DNA of 64,000 nucleotides from a virus: IMG/VR virus record IMGVR_UViG_3300028653_000010; one strand, 5' to 3'. Shown piece by piece: positions 8,451 to 18,258 of this stretch (position 1 is its first letter; each line of letters starts with the position of its first letter). The notes under the pieces were generated by a model. It saw only the letters and a program-made list of their open reading frames with translations, ran no database searches and was not told where the DNA came from. The position numbers and the translations under genes were made by a program.

Positions 8451-10916
8451 GTGACAACTGAACGCTTCGTCAATCAAGCAAGTACAGCTTTGTCCTCATC
8501 GGTTGGAGCTGGTGACCTAACCTTCTCAGTCCAGAGTACTACCCATTTTCCGACTCAACCTGAGTTCAGGATTCGAATTGGCCAAGAACTCATGTTGGTA
8601 ACCGGAGTCTCGGGTACCTCTTGGACAGTGACCCGTGGGATCGAAGGGACTACCGCGGTTTCACATGCACCAGGTTCGACCGTTGTAGCTGTTCTCACTG
8701 GTGGTGGACTCGATGAGATGCGAACGGAGATCGAAGCTGAGAACAAGACTCTCAACTATGTAGCCATCGATGGTAGTGTAGATGACATGCCAGCATTTAC
8801 TGCTAAATTAGCTTCAGCAGCAAGTACTGGGTATCGAGTACAACTGAATGCCGGGAATACAATTCAGTTCAAGACACCCCCTGATGGTAGTGGTACTTAT
8901 GCTCCACCAAATTCTACTCCAAACCTGAGTAGTGGGGAGTACATGACGTGTGCTCCAGGTACAAATCTCAGGTTTGACATGACCTATCGCTTCGGGTTGT
9001 ATGGGAGAGCTAACCTGTCCCCTGGGAGCACCGTTGCTTCTCCTCCTGCAACCAGGGCTGCCAACAACAACATAATTATAGTCAACCCCTGGGGTATAAC
9101 TCCTGCAGTTGGGTACGTTATCTGGGTTGAGCAGTACATGGGAGTTACCCCGCAAGTGAGCGGGTGTACATATACTATCAAGGAACTTGGTGTTTCCACC
9201 ATAGGGATCACTGACGTAACGGCCACCACTCTCTATGGGGGTGGCGGGACTCTCAACGGACTGACCCTCAAGCTCAACATTGATGGGGCTGGAGAGCAGA
9301 CACTTACGTTATCCGGAGCTGGGAATACAACAACCCTTATCACTCTCATTGCAGCGATAGTTGTTAAGTGGCCTTCTTTGCTGCAAGTGGGAACTGGTGG
9401 TGCATCAGGGAACAACCTACTCATCTCCTCGAAGTCGATTGTGATCGGAGCTGGTACCGCAAACACAGCTCTAGGTCTCACCGCTGGTGTTCCAACCTAT
9501 GTTGCTGTTCTGCTCGACCGATCTATTGTGTGGGAGCATTCAATTGGCGACTCAGTTACCAGTGCCCCCGACTACCCGAAGGACATCTTACTTGACTTCA
9601 CAGGAGCTAATGTCAGTGGGTACGCAAACCAGCTTATTGAGTTCACGCAGGCCCAAAGGGCTACAGTCAATGGACTCAACTATCAACTAACGAATGACCA
9701 GATCCCGTTCCTCGGTGGGACTGCTACTCTTGCATTTGATGTAGCAAGTCGCGAATGCACACTATCGAACTCAACGATTGAATTTCCGAATAACCCCTAC
9801 TACATAGGGAGCAATGGCTTTTACGGTCAGTCAAATGAAGGAACCTTGCTGTGGAATAATCGAATCCGCAATGCCAGAGCGCAGGGGTACTCCTTCATGG
9901 ACTGTTATGCCTGCAACGCCATTGGGAACATAACCTCTGACTGTGTTTGGGGTCAAGTTGCACAAGTATTTGTGGATGGTACTTTTGGTTGTTTAGATTG
10001 TGCATTCGTTGCATGTGCTGACATTGGAAGTGAAGTAGGGCAGTGGCTTTGGGGTTCTAAAAGAACAAAAACCCTTGGGTTATCGAGCACTAAGAACCCC
10101 CAGTACGGGCTTCTAGTTGATCGCAATAATGAGACCGCAACATTTACAAATTGCAGCTATACCAAGGCTCCTATTGGTATTTATATCGACGCTACTGCAA
10201 CTGGAACCTCATTCACCCAGCTGAATACTGACGAGTGTCTTACTGGAATTGTTATTTCTGGGGCAGCTACCATATCACAGTGGCATCACCACAGCACTCG
10301 AACTGATCCTGGTGCAACAGGGGTGTTTGTATCTGGAGTCGGCACTAACATCATCCGCGACATAGATCTGAAGATGAAAAGTGGAATCGCGGTTGATGTT
10401 GGTACTACGGGTACTCTACTACTGGATGGTGGGAGAATAGAGACGGGACCTACAGGTTATTGTTTGCGTGTACAGACAGCAGCTCGTATCAGACTGTCCA
10501 ACATAACCTTTGCTGGTGGTGTTGGGATCTCTTGCTCAAGTGGTACTATTGAGATAGGGCCAAACTGTGACTTTAGTGCTATAACAGAGAATCAACAATT
10601 TCTCGTGATTGCCCCGGGTTTGGTTACATTTCAGCAGACCGGTGGGGTTCTCTCGTATGCTGGCAGCAATCGATTCATACTACTAAGTGAGTGCTACAAT
10701 ACCACCATAGAGATATCGGCCTCAGCCTCAGCGAGTGGTGTTGGCCTACCTGGGATACCTGGACTTCAGTTCACGGTAGTAAATAACAACACAAACCCGA
10801 TGTTCGTTATCTCTAGGGCGGCAGGTGATACCGGAGTTACGATTGCCGGAGGCAAGACAGCTATTGTTAGGGTAGACTCGACTAACCACTGTAAGCGGGT
10901 AACCGCTGATCTATGA
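8451..10916 (+). CDS. Tail spike/fibre-like protein with right-handed beta-helix
   Basis: 821 aa, G/T/S-rich; DGSVDDMPAF pectate-lyase-like entry; N-terminus shared with 58443..59255. Confidence 0.7.
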   Translation: MTTERFVNQASTALSSSVGAGDLTFSVQSTTHFPTQPEFRIRIGQELMLVTGVSGTSWTVTRGIEGTTAVSHAPGSTVVAVLTGGGLDEMRTEIEAENKTLNYVAIDGSVDDMPAFTAKLASAASTGYRVQLNAGNTIQFKTPPDGSGTYAPPNSTPNLSSGEYMTCAPGTNLRFDMTYRFGLYGRANLSPGSTVASPPATRAANNNIIIVNPWGITPAVGYVIWVEQYMGVTPQVSGCTYTIKELGVSTIGITDVTATTLYGGGGTLNGLTLKLNIDGAGEQTLTLSGAGNTTTLITLIAAIVVKWPSLLQVGTGGASGNNLLISSKSIVIGAGTANTALGLTAGVPTYVAVLLDRSIVWEHSIGDSVTSAPDYPKDILLDFTGANVSGYANQLIEFTQAQRATVNGLNYQLTNDQIPFLGGTATLAFDVASRECTLSNSTIEFPNNPYYIGSNGFYGQSNEGTLLWNNRIRNARAQGYSFMDCYACNAIGNITSDCVWGQVAQVFVDGTFGCLDCAFVACADIGSEVGQWLWGSKRTKTLGLSSTKNPQYGLLVDRNNETATFTNCSYTKAPIGIYIDATATGTSFTQLNTDECLTGIVISGAATISQWHHHSTRTDPGATGVFVSGVGTNIIRDIDLKMKSGIAVDVGTTGTLLLDGGRIETGPTGYCLRVQTAARIRLSNITFAGGVGISCSSGTIEIGPNCDFSAITENQQFLVIAPGLVTFQQTGGVLSYAGSNRFILLSECYNTTIEISASASASGVGLPGIPGLQFTVVNNNTNPMFVISRAAGDTGVTIAGGKTAIVRVDSTNHCKRVTADL

Positions 10917-10921
10917 AATTT

Positions 10922-11065
10922 ATGACACCAGCCCAGAGAGACCTAATCAAACTGTACATTGCTATGGCAAAGAAACATTCACCAGGACCTTTCGAAGGCA
11001 TTGATGAAGCAATAGCGGCTCTAGAAGAGCTTGTCAACGAACAAGATGAAGGTGATCATGACTGA
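10922..11065 (+). CDS. Small hypothetical protein
   Basis: 47-aa ORF immediately after the tail gene. Confidence 0.5.
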   Translation: MTPAQRDLIKLYIAMAKKHSPGPFEGIDEAIAALEELVNEQDEGDHD

Positions 11066-11066
11066 A

Positions 11067-12344
11067 CTAAAGATCTACTACCCGACGGATCTGATAGTGT
11101 CCACTACTAGAAACCAAAGGATATTCTTGGTTCCGCTCAGAGGATAGAACTGATCGGAAAGACTCAAGTTGGTCTCGAGTGAGACCCCCTCCAGACACAT
11201 AACCCTCAAACACTTCCGCGAAAGCCTCTTCAATGTTGGAGCTAGCGTACTCACCCAATGGTGCAACCGGCTTAGGATTACCCTCTTCATCAGTAGGTCC
11301 CTGCGGGTAATCCCTGAATCTGTCTGTAGTCTTGGTTTGAACTAAGGCATTGAATCGAGCTCGATTCGCTGGGGTCATGAACTTGAACCAGTATCGGTGC
11401 CCAAGCTCATGGATCACGATACGGGTAACGAAACCCTCTGGCTTATTCCTAATATAGACTTGGTCCAGATCGTGGTTATACTCCCCAGCATCCCCAGAAC
11501 TACTGTAACCCCACTTCTGAGCAAGCTCAATCTCTTCTTGGGTTTTCTTGTGATTCTTGGCCTCAACAAACATCACCCCGTACCACAACTTTCCGAAACC
11601 ATTGTTTTTCAACATCTGTTGTGCTCGGTTGATGTACTTGATGTAATCACGAACGTCATTCCGACTCACTGAGTCATCAATGACAACAACCTTGGCGCTG
11701 TTGAGATCAAATTCCTTAGGAACCGTAGAGTAGAAGTCATCGATTGGATCTTCCCCGTGTTCCTTCTTGTACTCAGCGGTAGCCTTGGCATCAGCGTAGA
11801 GGTGCTTCATCAAAGCATCGAAGACTCTGGTAGCCGGAGCCCACACCACTTCTGGATGCCACCGATACTGATCAACAGCATCCATGGCCTTAGTCCACTT
11901 TGCGTGATATGGCTCGTATTCAGGGTATTTGCGAATGAACTCATCAGATCCGTGAAGCTTTCGGATGTTGTCCCCAGTTCGCTCTTCGATCTCATCCAGG
12001 AACTTCTCGCGCTTCTCACTTACCTCTCTGTAATTACTGGCTATTTTTTCGTATTCTGTGTACACCTCGAAAACCTGACCTTTGGTCTTTGCCAAAAGGT
12101 TCTCGAACTTGATCCGCTCCCTAGAACCGGTGAACACAATGTTCATGCCATGCCTTTGGAAGAGTACCTGATCCCCTAGGTTCCTCAGGAACTCAATGAG
12201 AGCCTTGTGCTTGTCATCCATCTCATGCGGGGACTTGATGACGGCAGTCCAGCCCCTCTTGACCCCCATGAGCCATTGCTTGGTCAAGATGTCTGCTTGA
12301 ATGAAGCGAGCAGCTACTCGGAGAGTTAAGACGTCTTCGCGCAT
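11067..12344 (-). CDS. Putative zincin metallopeptidase with N-terminal RVAARF motif
   Basis: HELGH plus downstream YA...EEAFAEVF. Confidence 0.7.
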   Translation of the reverse strand: MREDVLTLRVAARFIQADILTKQWLMGVKRGWTAVIKSPHEMDDKHKALIEFLRNLGDQVLFQRHGMNIVFTGSRERIKFENLLAKTKGQVFEVYTEYEKIASNYREVSEKREKFLDEIEERTGDNIRKLHGSDEFIRKYPEYEPYHAKWTKAMDAVDQYRWHPEVVWAPATRVFDALMKHLYADAKATAEYKKEHGEDPIDDFYSTVPKEFDLNSAKVVVIDDSVSRNDVRDYIKYINRAQQMLKNNGFGKLWYGVMFVEAKNHKKTQEEIELAQKWGYSSSGDAGEYNHDLDQVYIRNKPEGFVTRIVIHELGHRYWFKFMTPANRARFNALVQTKTTDRFRDYPQGPTDEEGNPKPVAPLGEYASSNIEEAFAEVFEGYVSGGGLTRDQLESFRSVLSSERNQEYPLVSSSGHYQIRRVVDL

Positions 12345-12496
12345 CTACGAAGAAAACCCAACAAGAAGATAACTAAGAGCGAGCCATGCCTACGTTGAGG
12401 TCTGTAAGCCTCATGTATCAATGAATGAAGACTTGATTAATCGAAGGTTGCTTAAATGTCATTGAGTTTTATCATCTTATTGAGTAGAGTAATGGC

Positions 12497-12727
12497 ATGC
12501 CAGCTCTAAGAGTAATTATCCCGTTTGATACAAGGTGTTGTTCGATAAATTGCGAGTTCAACCGAACGTACACTGGAAAGTGCACTGTTCGAGGAGCCAC
12601 CCCAGATCTTGCGGAGACGATTGCTAGAGACGGTGACTTCTACCTCAGAACAAGGTACTGTATTGAGAAGGCCTCGATCGTGAATGAACCTTCTAGGAAG
12701 GTCACCTATTTACCAACAGGTGAGTAG
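12497..12727 (+). CDS. Hypothetical protein
   Basis: 76-aa Cys-containing ORF. Confidence 0.5.
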   Translation: MPALRVIIPFDTRCCSINCEFNRTYTGKCTVRGATPDLAETIARDGDFYLRTRYCIEKASIVNEPSRKVTYLPTGE

Positions 12728-12753
12728 GAAGATCTAAGACAAAACGGCGTATT

Positions 12754-12970
12754 GAAGGTGAGAGTTCTATGCCCTTAGTTTTGGTGAACCCAAGAAAACC
12801 GGCTCAATTCCGAGCAGAGATCGCTAGCATTTGCCTGAATGAGGCGATGAATGCAGCTGAGCCTCTCAGAACTGAGCTATTGGATTCAGCTATACCACCC
12901 AGCTTAGGCCACGACCCATAACGAGTCTTGAACTAAGCCATCGTATCTTGAACTTGAGCATAAAACCTTC
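12754..12970 (-). ncRNA. Candidate ~215-nt structured RNA downstream of tRNA-Leu
   Basis: GAAGGU/ACCUUC and UUUAUGCUC/GGGCAUAGA closing stems; GGCUCAG/UUGAGCC, GCAUU/AAUGC, GCCU/AGGC inside. Confidence 0.5.
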
Positions 12971-12983
12971 TTTCATTGGAGAT

Positions 12984-13071
12984 TGGTGCACGAGAGAGGA
13001 ATTGAACCTCCATGGGAATTACCCCGCCGGATTCTAAGTCCGGAGCGTCTGCCTAGTTCCGCCACTCGTGC
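12984..13071 (-). tRNA. tRNA-Leu(TAG)
   Basis: Cloverleaf, loop CUUAGAA, long variable arm, CCA. Confidence 0.93.
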
Positions 13072-13076
13072 GTTAG

Positions 13077-13151
13077 TACCCCCGATACGACTTGAACGTA
13101 CAAAACCTCTGGTTTGTAGGACCAGCGCTCTACCAATTGAGCTACAGGGGC
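13077..13151 (-). tRNA. tRNA-Val(TAC)
   Basis: Cloverleaf, loop CCUACAA (C33). Confidence 0.88.
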
Positions 13152-13158
13152 ATGAAAG

Positions 13159-13338
13159 TTACTCAGGCCAAGGCTCATCGAGGAGCTTGGCCGCTCTGAC
13201 TACATCGTCGACAACCACGAAAGAACCGTCAATAGTTGCAACCTGAACACATCCAACTTGGTTGACTACAGAACCAACTATGTCTTCGTTGTCCATGACC
13301 ACTACTTCGTCCTTCGACCTTCGGAGTATTCTCACCAT
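13159..13338 (-). CDS. Small hypothetical protein
   Basis: 59-aa ORF starting 9 nt after GGTGTA. Confidence 0.55.
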   Translation of the reverse strand: MVRILRRSKDEVVVMDNEDIVGSVVNQVGCVQVATIDGSFVVVDDVVRAAKLLDEPWPE

Positions 13339-13365
13339 CCTAGGTACTACACCCAGTGAGAACTT

Positions 13366-13441
13366 TGGTGCTGAAAGCGGGACTCGAACCCGCAACCTTC
13401 GCCTTATGAAAGCGCCGCTCTACCGATTGAGCTACATCAGC
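13366..13441 (-). tRNA. tRNA-Met/Ile2(CAT), elongator type
   Basis: Cloverleaf, loop UUCAUAA, CCA. Confidence 0.9.
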
Positions 13442-13443
13442 AT

Positions 13444-13520
13444 TGGTACCCCCAGGAGAACTCGAATCTCCAACCTTAGGCTTCGAAAACCTCTGCTCTA
13501 TCCAATTGAGCTATGGGGGT
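13444..13520 (-). tRNA. tRNA-Arg(TCG)
   Basis: Cloverleaf, loop UUUCGAA, CCA. Confidence 0.9.
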
Positions 13521-13524
13521 GTAA

Positions 13525-13860
13525 CTAACGAGATCTTTGACTTCTACAGTTGACACTTCCTCCAGCATTAACGTTCCCGATGATGTCATCAGCGTGGACA
13601 CTCCCACCGGCGGTCACTGTAGATTGAATGTTACCAGCATGGACACTACCTCCCGCACTCACGTTCCCAGTGACGTCCCCACAAGTGACTGAAGCATCAG
13701 ATCGAAGGTTAGCAAGAGGACCTTCCCACTTGACTTCGACGACTCCATGAAGGCCATTCTCGACGGTCACCCCATCAACCTTGATAACCCCATTGTTGAT
13801 TGAGACAGTACCTGAGCCATCAACCTCTATGCGTTTGCCATTGATTGTGATTACAGCCAT
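13525..13860 (-). CDS. Hypothetical beta-solenoid protein (GNVxAGGSV repeats)
   Basis: Three AGGSV repeats. Confidence 0.75.
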   Translation of the reverse strand: MAVITINGKRIEVDGSGTVSINNGVIKVDGVTVENGLHGVVEVKWEGPLANLRSDASVTCGDVTGNVSAGGSVHAGNIQSTVTAGGSVHADDIIGNVNAGGSVNCRSQRSR

Positions 13861-13879
13861 GGCCCTAATACACCGTAGT

Positions 13880-13956
13880 TGGTGATCCCGGTGGGATTCG
13901 AACCCACAGTCGTCGGCTTCGGAGGCCGCTGCACAAGTCCGTTATGCTACGAGATC
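13880..13956 (-). tRNA. tRNA-Arg(CCG)
   Basis: Cloverleaf, loop CUCCGAA, CCA. Confidence 0.9.
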
Positions 13957-13958
13957 AT

Positions 13959-14034
13959 TGGCGTCCGCGAGAGGGGTCGAACCTCCAACCTCCAGCTTCG
14001 CAAGCTGTTGCTCCTCCAATCGAGCTGCGCGGAC
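13959..14034 (-). tRNA. tRNA-Arg(GCG)
   Basis: Cloverleaf, loop UUGCGAA, CCA. Confidence 0.88.
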
Positions 14035-14036
14035 AT

Positions 14037-14112
14037 TGGTACCCCCAGAAAGACTTGAACTTTCGACCTCAGGTTTAGAAAACCTTTGCTCTATCCACTG
14101 AGCTATGGGGGC
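14037..14112 (-). tRNA. tRNA-Arg(TCT)
   Basis: Cloverleaf, loop UUUCUAA, CCA. Confidence 0.9.
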
Positions 14113-14117
14113 ATAAA

Positions 14118-14675
14118 TCAGACTGCGAAGCTTCCTAGGTTCCCAGCCATGAGTGCTTCGTAGTTGTAGTCTTTTCCTAAGCATTCTTGAATGCTTACGG
14201 ACTTCTTATGTACCTCGATGACCTTGCCATTGTAGAGCCAGACACTTCGAGGGATCTTGATCTTGCCGAGAACGAACCTTGCGCCAAGCTCTGTCATCTT
14301 GTACATCCCCTGAGTCTTGACTGGAGGCTTGGGGTTCACGATTGACTTCTTCTCCGGCGGGCGCTCGACGATGAGTTGCCAGTACTTCATCTTCGACCAC
14401 TCCCCACCCTTCACCTCGGACCCAATCGCCACCATGTTTGAGATGTACTGGTTCATGTCGAGCCAGTCAGAGGCCGTCTGGAAGTGACGGTACATCAGAA
14501 TGAGGACGTACGCCATCGGGGCACTCAGCTCTTTTTCAACCATCCTCACGAGTTGACGGCATACTGGACAGACTGCGCCGGGGCCTCGTACATGAGCCTT
14601 CAACTTCTCTTGAAGCTCACTTAGGGGCATATCAGGAGTTACGGGGAGATTAATTGGACCCTTACCGATTGCCAC
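14118..14675 (-). CDS. Hypothetical zinc-finger/winged-helix protein
   Basis: CPVC, WQLI and YKMTELGARF; GTG start 9 nt after GGTGTA. Confidence 0.7.
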   Translation of the reverse strand: MAIGKGPINLPVTPDMPLSELQEKLKAHVRGPGAVCPVCRQLVRMVEKELSAPMAYVLILMYRHFQTASDWLDMNQYISNMVAIGSEVKGGEWSKMKYWQLIVERPPEKKSIVNPKPPVKTQGMYKMTELGARFVLGKIKIPRSVWLYNGKVIEVHKKSVSIQECLGKDYNYEALMAGNLGSFAV

Positions 14676-14856
14676 CCTGCTGAATACACCAACGAGTCGC
14701 AACCCTATCAGCTAAACTACTAGACTTGTTAGCTGGGATGAACATGATTCTACTGATATCATCCAGTTTAATCTTGACAATATTAGGGTTGTCCTGAGAA
14801 TCCTGAGCCTGGATCAGTCCAACCGTACTCAAGAAGTTGCTTAAACTTACGTGGGT

Positions 14857-16284
14857 TCAAGCAACTACCTGATTAAAAGCTATGCCAATGCTTCTCTTTC
14901 GAGAACGTCCCTTGGTAGTAAGCCTCCGGCCATACGGTAATGGCGCGTATTTATTCAAGAAGTCTTGTGGACAGTCCTGGTTAGGATTCCTCCTAGACCA
15001 GTATAGCCTCACAAGCATTCTCTTCACTTCCGATGGGTGATCATTGAGACCAATCTGTTTGCTCTCAGAACGTCTGAGCAGATTGATCCCTCCTACCACA
15101 TCAGCATGTGAAATCCTGCCGCATTGGCGGCAGATGAAACTGGTTCCAGACCGATTGAGCCTGGAGACATGCCCACAAGAAGGGCATGTTTGACTAGAAT
15201 AAGCGGGATTCACCTTATCGGTCGGAGCTTTGCTCTCAAGAGCGTGAGCTAAGGCTCTGTAGCAAAAGCGTTTTTGACCACGACAACCCCGAAGATCCAA
15301 GTCCTCAAGGACGAAGACTGATTCTGGATAAGCTCGAAGAAGCTCATTGGAGACCCGTCCAGTGATGCTCTTAGTCAAGCCGGAGAGCTTGGACTCAAGC
15401 CTGTCGAGTCTAGGGCTGTTTTCTTTGAGTCCCTGCCTTTGGCGGTTCGCTCGAACCGCCCTGACCTTGTTGTAGAGCCGATTAAACTTGGGTTTCAAGT
15501 CTGCCCCAAACGTGTGTCCGCTCGAAGTAGCCGCTACTACGTTTAGCCCGACATCTACTCCGATCATTGGAAGGTCTGGCTCCGCCTCACAGATCAGCCA
15601 TTCTTTGGTGTCAACAGCTTCGAATCGCCACCGGCCTTTTCGGTCTTTTCTAGCATGAATCCCCTTACCCACATCAGAGGACTTCTTGACATACGGGTTT
15701 CCAACCAGCGGGAGCCAGGCAAGCTTACGAGAAACTAAGGTCGAGATCTTGAGCCAAAGATAAGCGTGAACAGCCTCTTCTGGATCTTCCAATGAGCAGG
15801 TGTTTTCAGACATCCTCATTGGGATTCGACTAGACACACTTGGGAAGTTTCCAACTACTTCTGGGTCAGAGAGCCAAGCCCAATACAGATTGATAGCCTC
15901 TTGGGTCACGGTCTTACTCGGATCGTGAACCAAATACTTGCCGACCGTACAGAGTTGCTTCCGAAAGTCCTCATCGAAAGTCCCTTCATTGAAGGATAAC
16001 CTGATGAAAGTCTTGAGCTTCCTGGCATAGATCCCCTTGGCCCAGGTACTTACGATCTGGATGGCATGATCACGGGCGTTCTTCTCAATCTGTGAAGTTA
16101 GGTTCTCAGCTCGGGGAAAGAACTCTTGCTTCTCCGAGCGGGGCAAGCTTAGTCGGCGAGCGGAGAGCATCGTCTGGACGCATATCCGAACGTAAAGCAC
16201 ATACTCAGCATGGAGGGCCTCGATAGCTTTAACCTTCCCTGGATTGCACTCGGAGTGCAACATGAAGAACCTACACTTCTTCAT
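14857..16284 (-). CDS. tnpB: TnpB RNA-guided nuclease
   Basis: RuvC GVDVG, EDL and HAD...INL, plus CPSC/CRQC zinc ribbon. Confidence 0.9.
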   Translation of the reverse strand: MKKCRFFMLHSECNPGKVKAIEALHAEYVLYVRICVQTMLSARRLSLPRSEKQEFFPRAENLTSQIEKNARDHAIQIVSTWAKGIYARKLKTFIRLSFNEGTFDEDFRKQLCTVGKYLVHDPSKTVTQEAINLYWAWLSDPEVVGNFPSVSSRIPMRMSENTCSLEDPEEAVHAYLWLKISTLVSRKLAWLPLVGNPYVKKSSDVGKGIHARKDRKGRWRFEAVDTKEWLICEAEPDLPMIGVDVGLNVVAATSSGHTFGADLKPKFNRLYNKVRAVRANRQRQGLKENSPRLDRLESKLSGLTKSITGRVSNELLRAYPESVFVLEDLDLRGCRGQKRFCYRALAHALESKAPTDKVNPAYSSQTCPSCGHVSRLNRSGTSFICRQCGRISHADVVGGINLLRRSESKQIGLNDHPSEVKRMLVRLYWSRRNPNQDCPQDFLNKYAPLPYGRRLTTKGRSRKRSIGIAFNQVVA

Positions 16285-16904
16285 GCCGCTTCAGCCTTCT
16301 TCTTTCGGCGGTTCTCAGCAGAGCGTTTCCCATATACTTTGGCTGAGAAGCTGGACATAAGGCTGACCATATCCTCAACGAGTTCCGCCTCGTAAGACTT
16401 CGGAAGCACGTTTTCCAGCCATTCAACCTGTACACCGTGACTCTCGAAGAACTTCTGGAATATGTTGAAATTGAACCGAGCTAACCGATCTTTGTGCTCG
16501 ATAACCACTCGCCCAATCTCGCCCCTCGTTGCCAGCTCAAGAAGCCGTAGCATCTTCGGCCGAGTGTCCGTCATCCCAGATCCAACCTCCTCCATGACGT
16601 GGGTCACCGAGTAGCTCTGCTTGACGCAATGCTCTAGAAGCCTTCCCTTCTGGCGGTCGAGGTCTCCTTTAGCCTTCTGCTCGTGACTAGAAACACGAGC
16701 GTAGACTGCCACGGACTCCGACTTCTTGGAGGTCTTCTTGATGATTCCCTGGAAGCGGTCGAGGTCTTCAGTGCGGTATCGGCGCTGACCACCAGGAGTT
16801 CGAACGGCTACGAGGCTCTTGTTCTTATCCCAAGTTCGAAGTGTGGAGGTTCCGCAACCAAGGATTTCAGCCGCTTTTTTGAGCGAGACAAGTCCATGGG
16901 ACAT
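16281..16904 (-). CDS. tnpA: IS607 transposase (HTH plus serine recombinase)
   Basis: RTPGGQRRY, YARVSS, EVGSG, EHKDRLARF, ELVED motifs. Confidence 0.95.
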   Translation of the reverse strand: MSHGLVSLKKAAEILGCGTSTLRTWDKNKSLVAVRTPGGQRRYRTEDLDRFQGIIKKTSKKSESVAVYARVSSHEQKAKGDLDRQKGRLLEHCVKQSYSVTHVMEEVGSGMTDTRPKMLRLLELATRGEIGRVVIEHKDRLARFNFNIFQKFFESHGVQVEWLENVLPKSYEAELVEDMVSLMSSFSAKVYGKRSAENRRKKKAEAA

Positions 16905-17061
16905 CCTTTCGCTTCAACCGATCTGACCAAAGGTCGTAATGTACTTGAAACTCTTCGGGGGTCGGAACCGGTTCGAGTGGGGTGACGTGGGGAAATACCC
17001 TACCGTCTTCCAATTCGAACTCAGTGGCCGAGACTCGAACCACTTTCATCTTCATGTACAT
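16867..17061 (-). CDS. Small ORF upstream of IS607 tnpA
   Basis: 64-aa ORF overlapping the tnpA start. Confidence 0.55.
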   Translation of the reverse strand: MYMKMKVVRVSATEFELEDGRVFPHVTPLEPVPTPEEFQVHYDLWSDRLKRKDVPWTCLAQKSG

Positions 17062-17099
17062 CCGATCTGATAGGATGATTATCTATGAGACGAGCGGAG

Positions 17100-17939
17100 T
17101 CAAGTAACTTTAGTCAAGTTCAGGTTGAACTGCTGGCAACCCTTGATGCCCCAAGCTTCAACCATACCAATTAAGTTCTGAGCTGATTCAGATTCAGTGA
17201 AATCACCTGCAATCCTCCAACCAGCAACAGCACCTCGACCTACTCGTTGACCCTCAGCATCCTTCTTAGACATGTAGTCTTGGAAGTGCTTGCCTAGCTT
17301 ATCCCCACCAGCCCAGAGTGCTTGCTCTTGAGGAGTGAGTCGATCAAAAGCCTTCTTGAAGAGGCTTGGGTACCGATCCCCGGGGTAGCGCTTCTTCATG
17401 TGACTAGACTTAAACCCCTTAACCGACTCAGTCATCTCTTTCGTGATCTGGTCAAAGTGCTCTTTATTCTCCTCGATGATAGCGTCTAGTCGCTTGTCGT
17501 CCAACTCTAAAGGATTGGACGGAGCAGTATCTTTCGAATCATCACCCTTGGACTTTGGTTTTGAGTCTTCTTCTTTGGGCTTAGCATCTGAAGTGGACTC
17601 TTCAGAAGGCGTTGGCTTCTTTGGTGAAGTACCACCCTTATCGTCCTGCTTCCCTACCCAGTTGTAGTACTCCTTGAGTGCCTTGCCATAAAAGCTAGGG
17701 TTCTTTAGAGCTGTACTGAAGGAAACCTCCGAGTTTCTCTCACGAGACTGAGGATCTGCACTTGGGTTAGGAACCTTACGCTTACCCCCTTCTTGTGTAA
17801 GGTCCAACCACTCTTTCCACCTGGGAGGGATCTTACCCTTTCGTTGGGTCTCGTCATCCTCCCCAGTACTAAGTGATATCTTCGCTCGTGCTCGAACGTA
17901 CCGAGCCGCAACACGAAGGGTCATTAGGTCATCAAACAC
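17100..17939 (-). CDS. RVAARY-motif hypothetical protein, probably truncated by IS607
   Basis: ORF ends ~40 nt inside the presumed IS end; a possible C-terminal remnant ending SLADRVATRW lies at ~14660-14822. Confidence 0.6.
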   Translation of the reverse strand: MFDDLMTLRVAARYVRARAKISLSTGEDDETQRKGKIPPRWKEWLDLTQEGGKRKVPNPSADPQSRERNSEVSFSTALKNPSFYGKALKEYYNWVGKQDDKGGTSPKKPTPSEESTSDAKPKEEDSKPKSKGDDSKDTAPSNPLELDDKRLDAIIEENKEHFDQITKEMTESVKGFKSSHMKKRYPGDRYPSLFKKAFDRLTPQEQALWAGGDKLGKHFQDYMSKKDAEGQRVGRGAVAGWRIAGDFTESESAQNLIGMVEAWGIKGCQQFNLNLTKVT

Positions 17940-17970
17940 ACTTACCCACTGGATAAGTTCATTAGACTGA

Positions 17971-18074
17971 GGGAGACAAGAGAAGCCGAAAGATGCCTCC
18001 ATAAGGCGATCCCCCATAAGTAGCGGGGGGATTTCAGGTTTGAACTAAATGTACTTCCGAGCAAGCATTCTCCC
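17971..18074 (-). ncRNA. Y RNA-like 1 (non-tRNA effector domain)
   Basis: GGGAGA-AUG...UACA...CUUG-UCUCCC; abuts the tRNA-Gly CCA. Confidence 0.75.
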
Positions 18075-18150
18075 TGGAGCGGACAAAGGGACTCGAACCC
18101 TCAACGATCTGCTTGGAAGGCAGAAACTCTACCAATTGAGCTATGTCCGC
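18075..18150 (-). tRNA. tRNA-Gly(TCC)
   Basis: Cloverleaf, loop CUUCCAA, CCA. Confidence 0.93.
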
Positions 18151-18154
18151 ATAG

Positions 18155-18227
18155 AGTCGAGGGTCAGGATCGAACTGACGAAACTACGGTTTTGCAGACC
18201 GCGCCCTTACCACTCGGGAACCTCGAC
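18155..18227 (-). tRNA. tRNA-Cys(GCA)
   Basis: Cloverleaf, loop CUGCAAA, U73. Confidence 0.9.
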
Positions 18228-18258
18228 ATGTAACTAAAACGAGGAACCCGATACCCTG

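Larger units (their letters stand above)
14822..17142 (-). mobile_element. IS607-family insertion sequence (ends approximate)
   Basis: Serine recombinase plus TnpB pair; ACTTGACT direct repeats near the left end; GG dinucleotides at both presumed junctions. Confidence 0.8.

Noticed and set aside
14037-14112. Second amber suppressor (UUCUAAA register)
   Set aside because: Stem pairing and variable-loop length place the anticodon at UCU (Arg).
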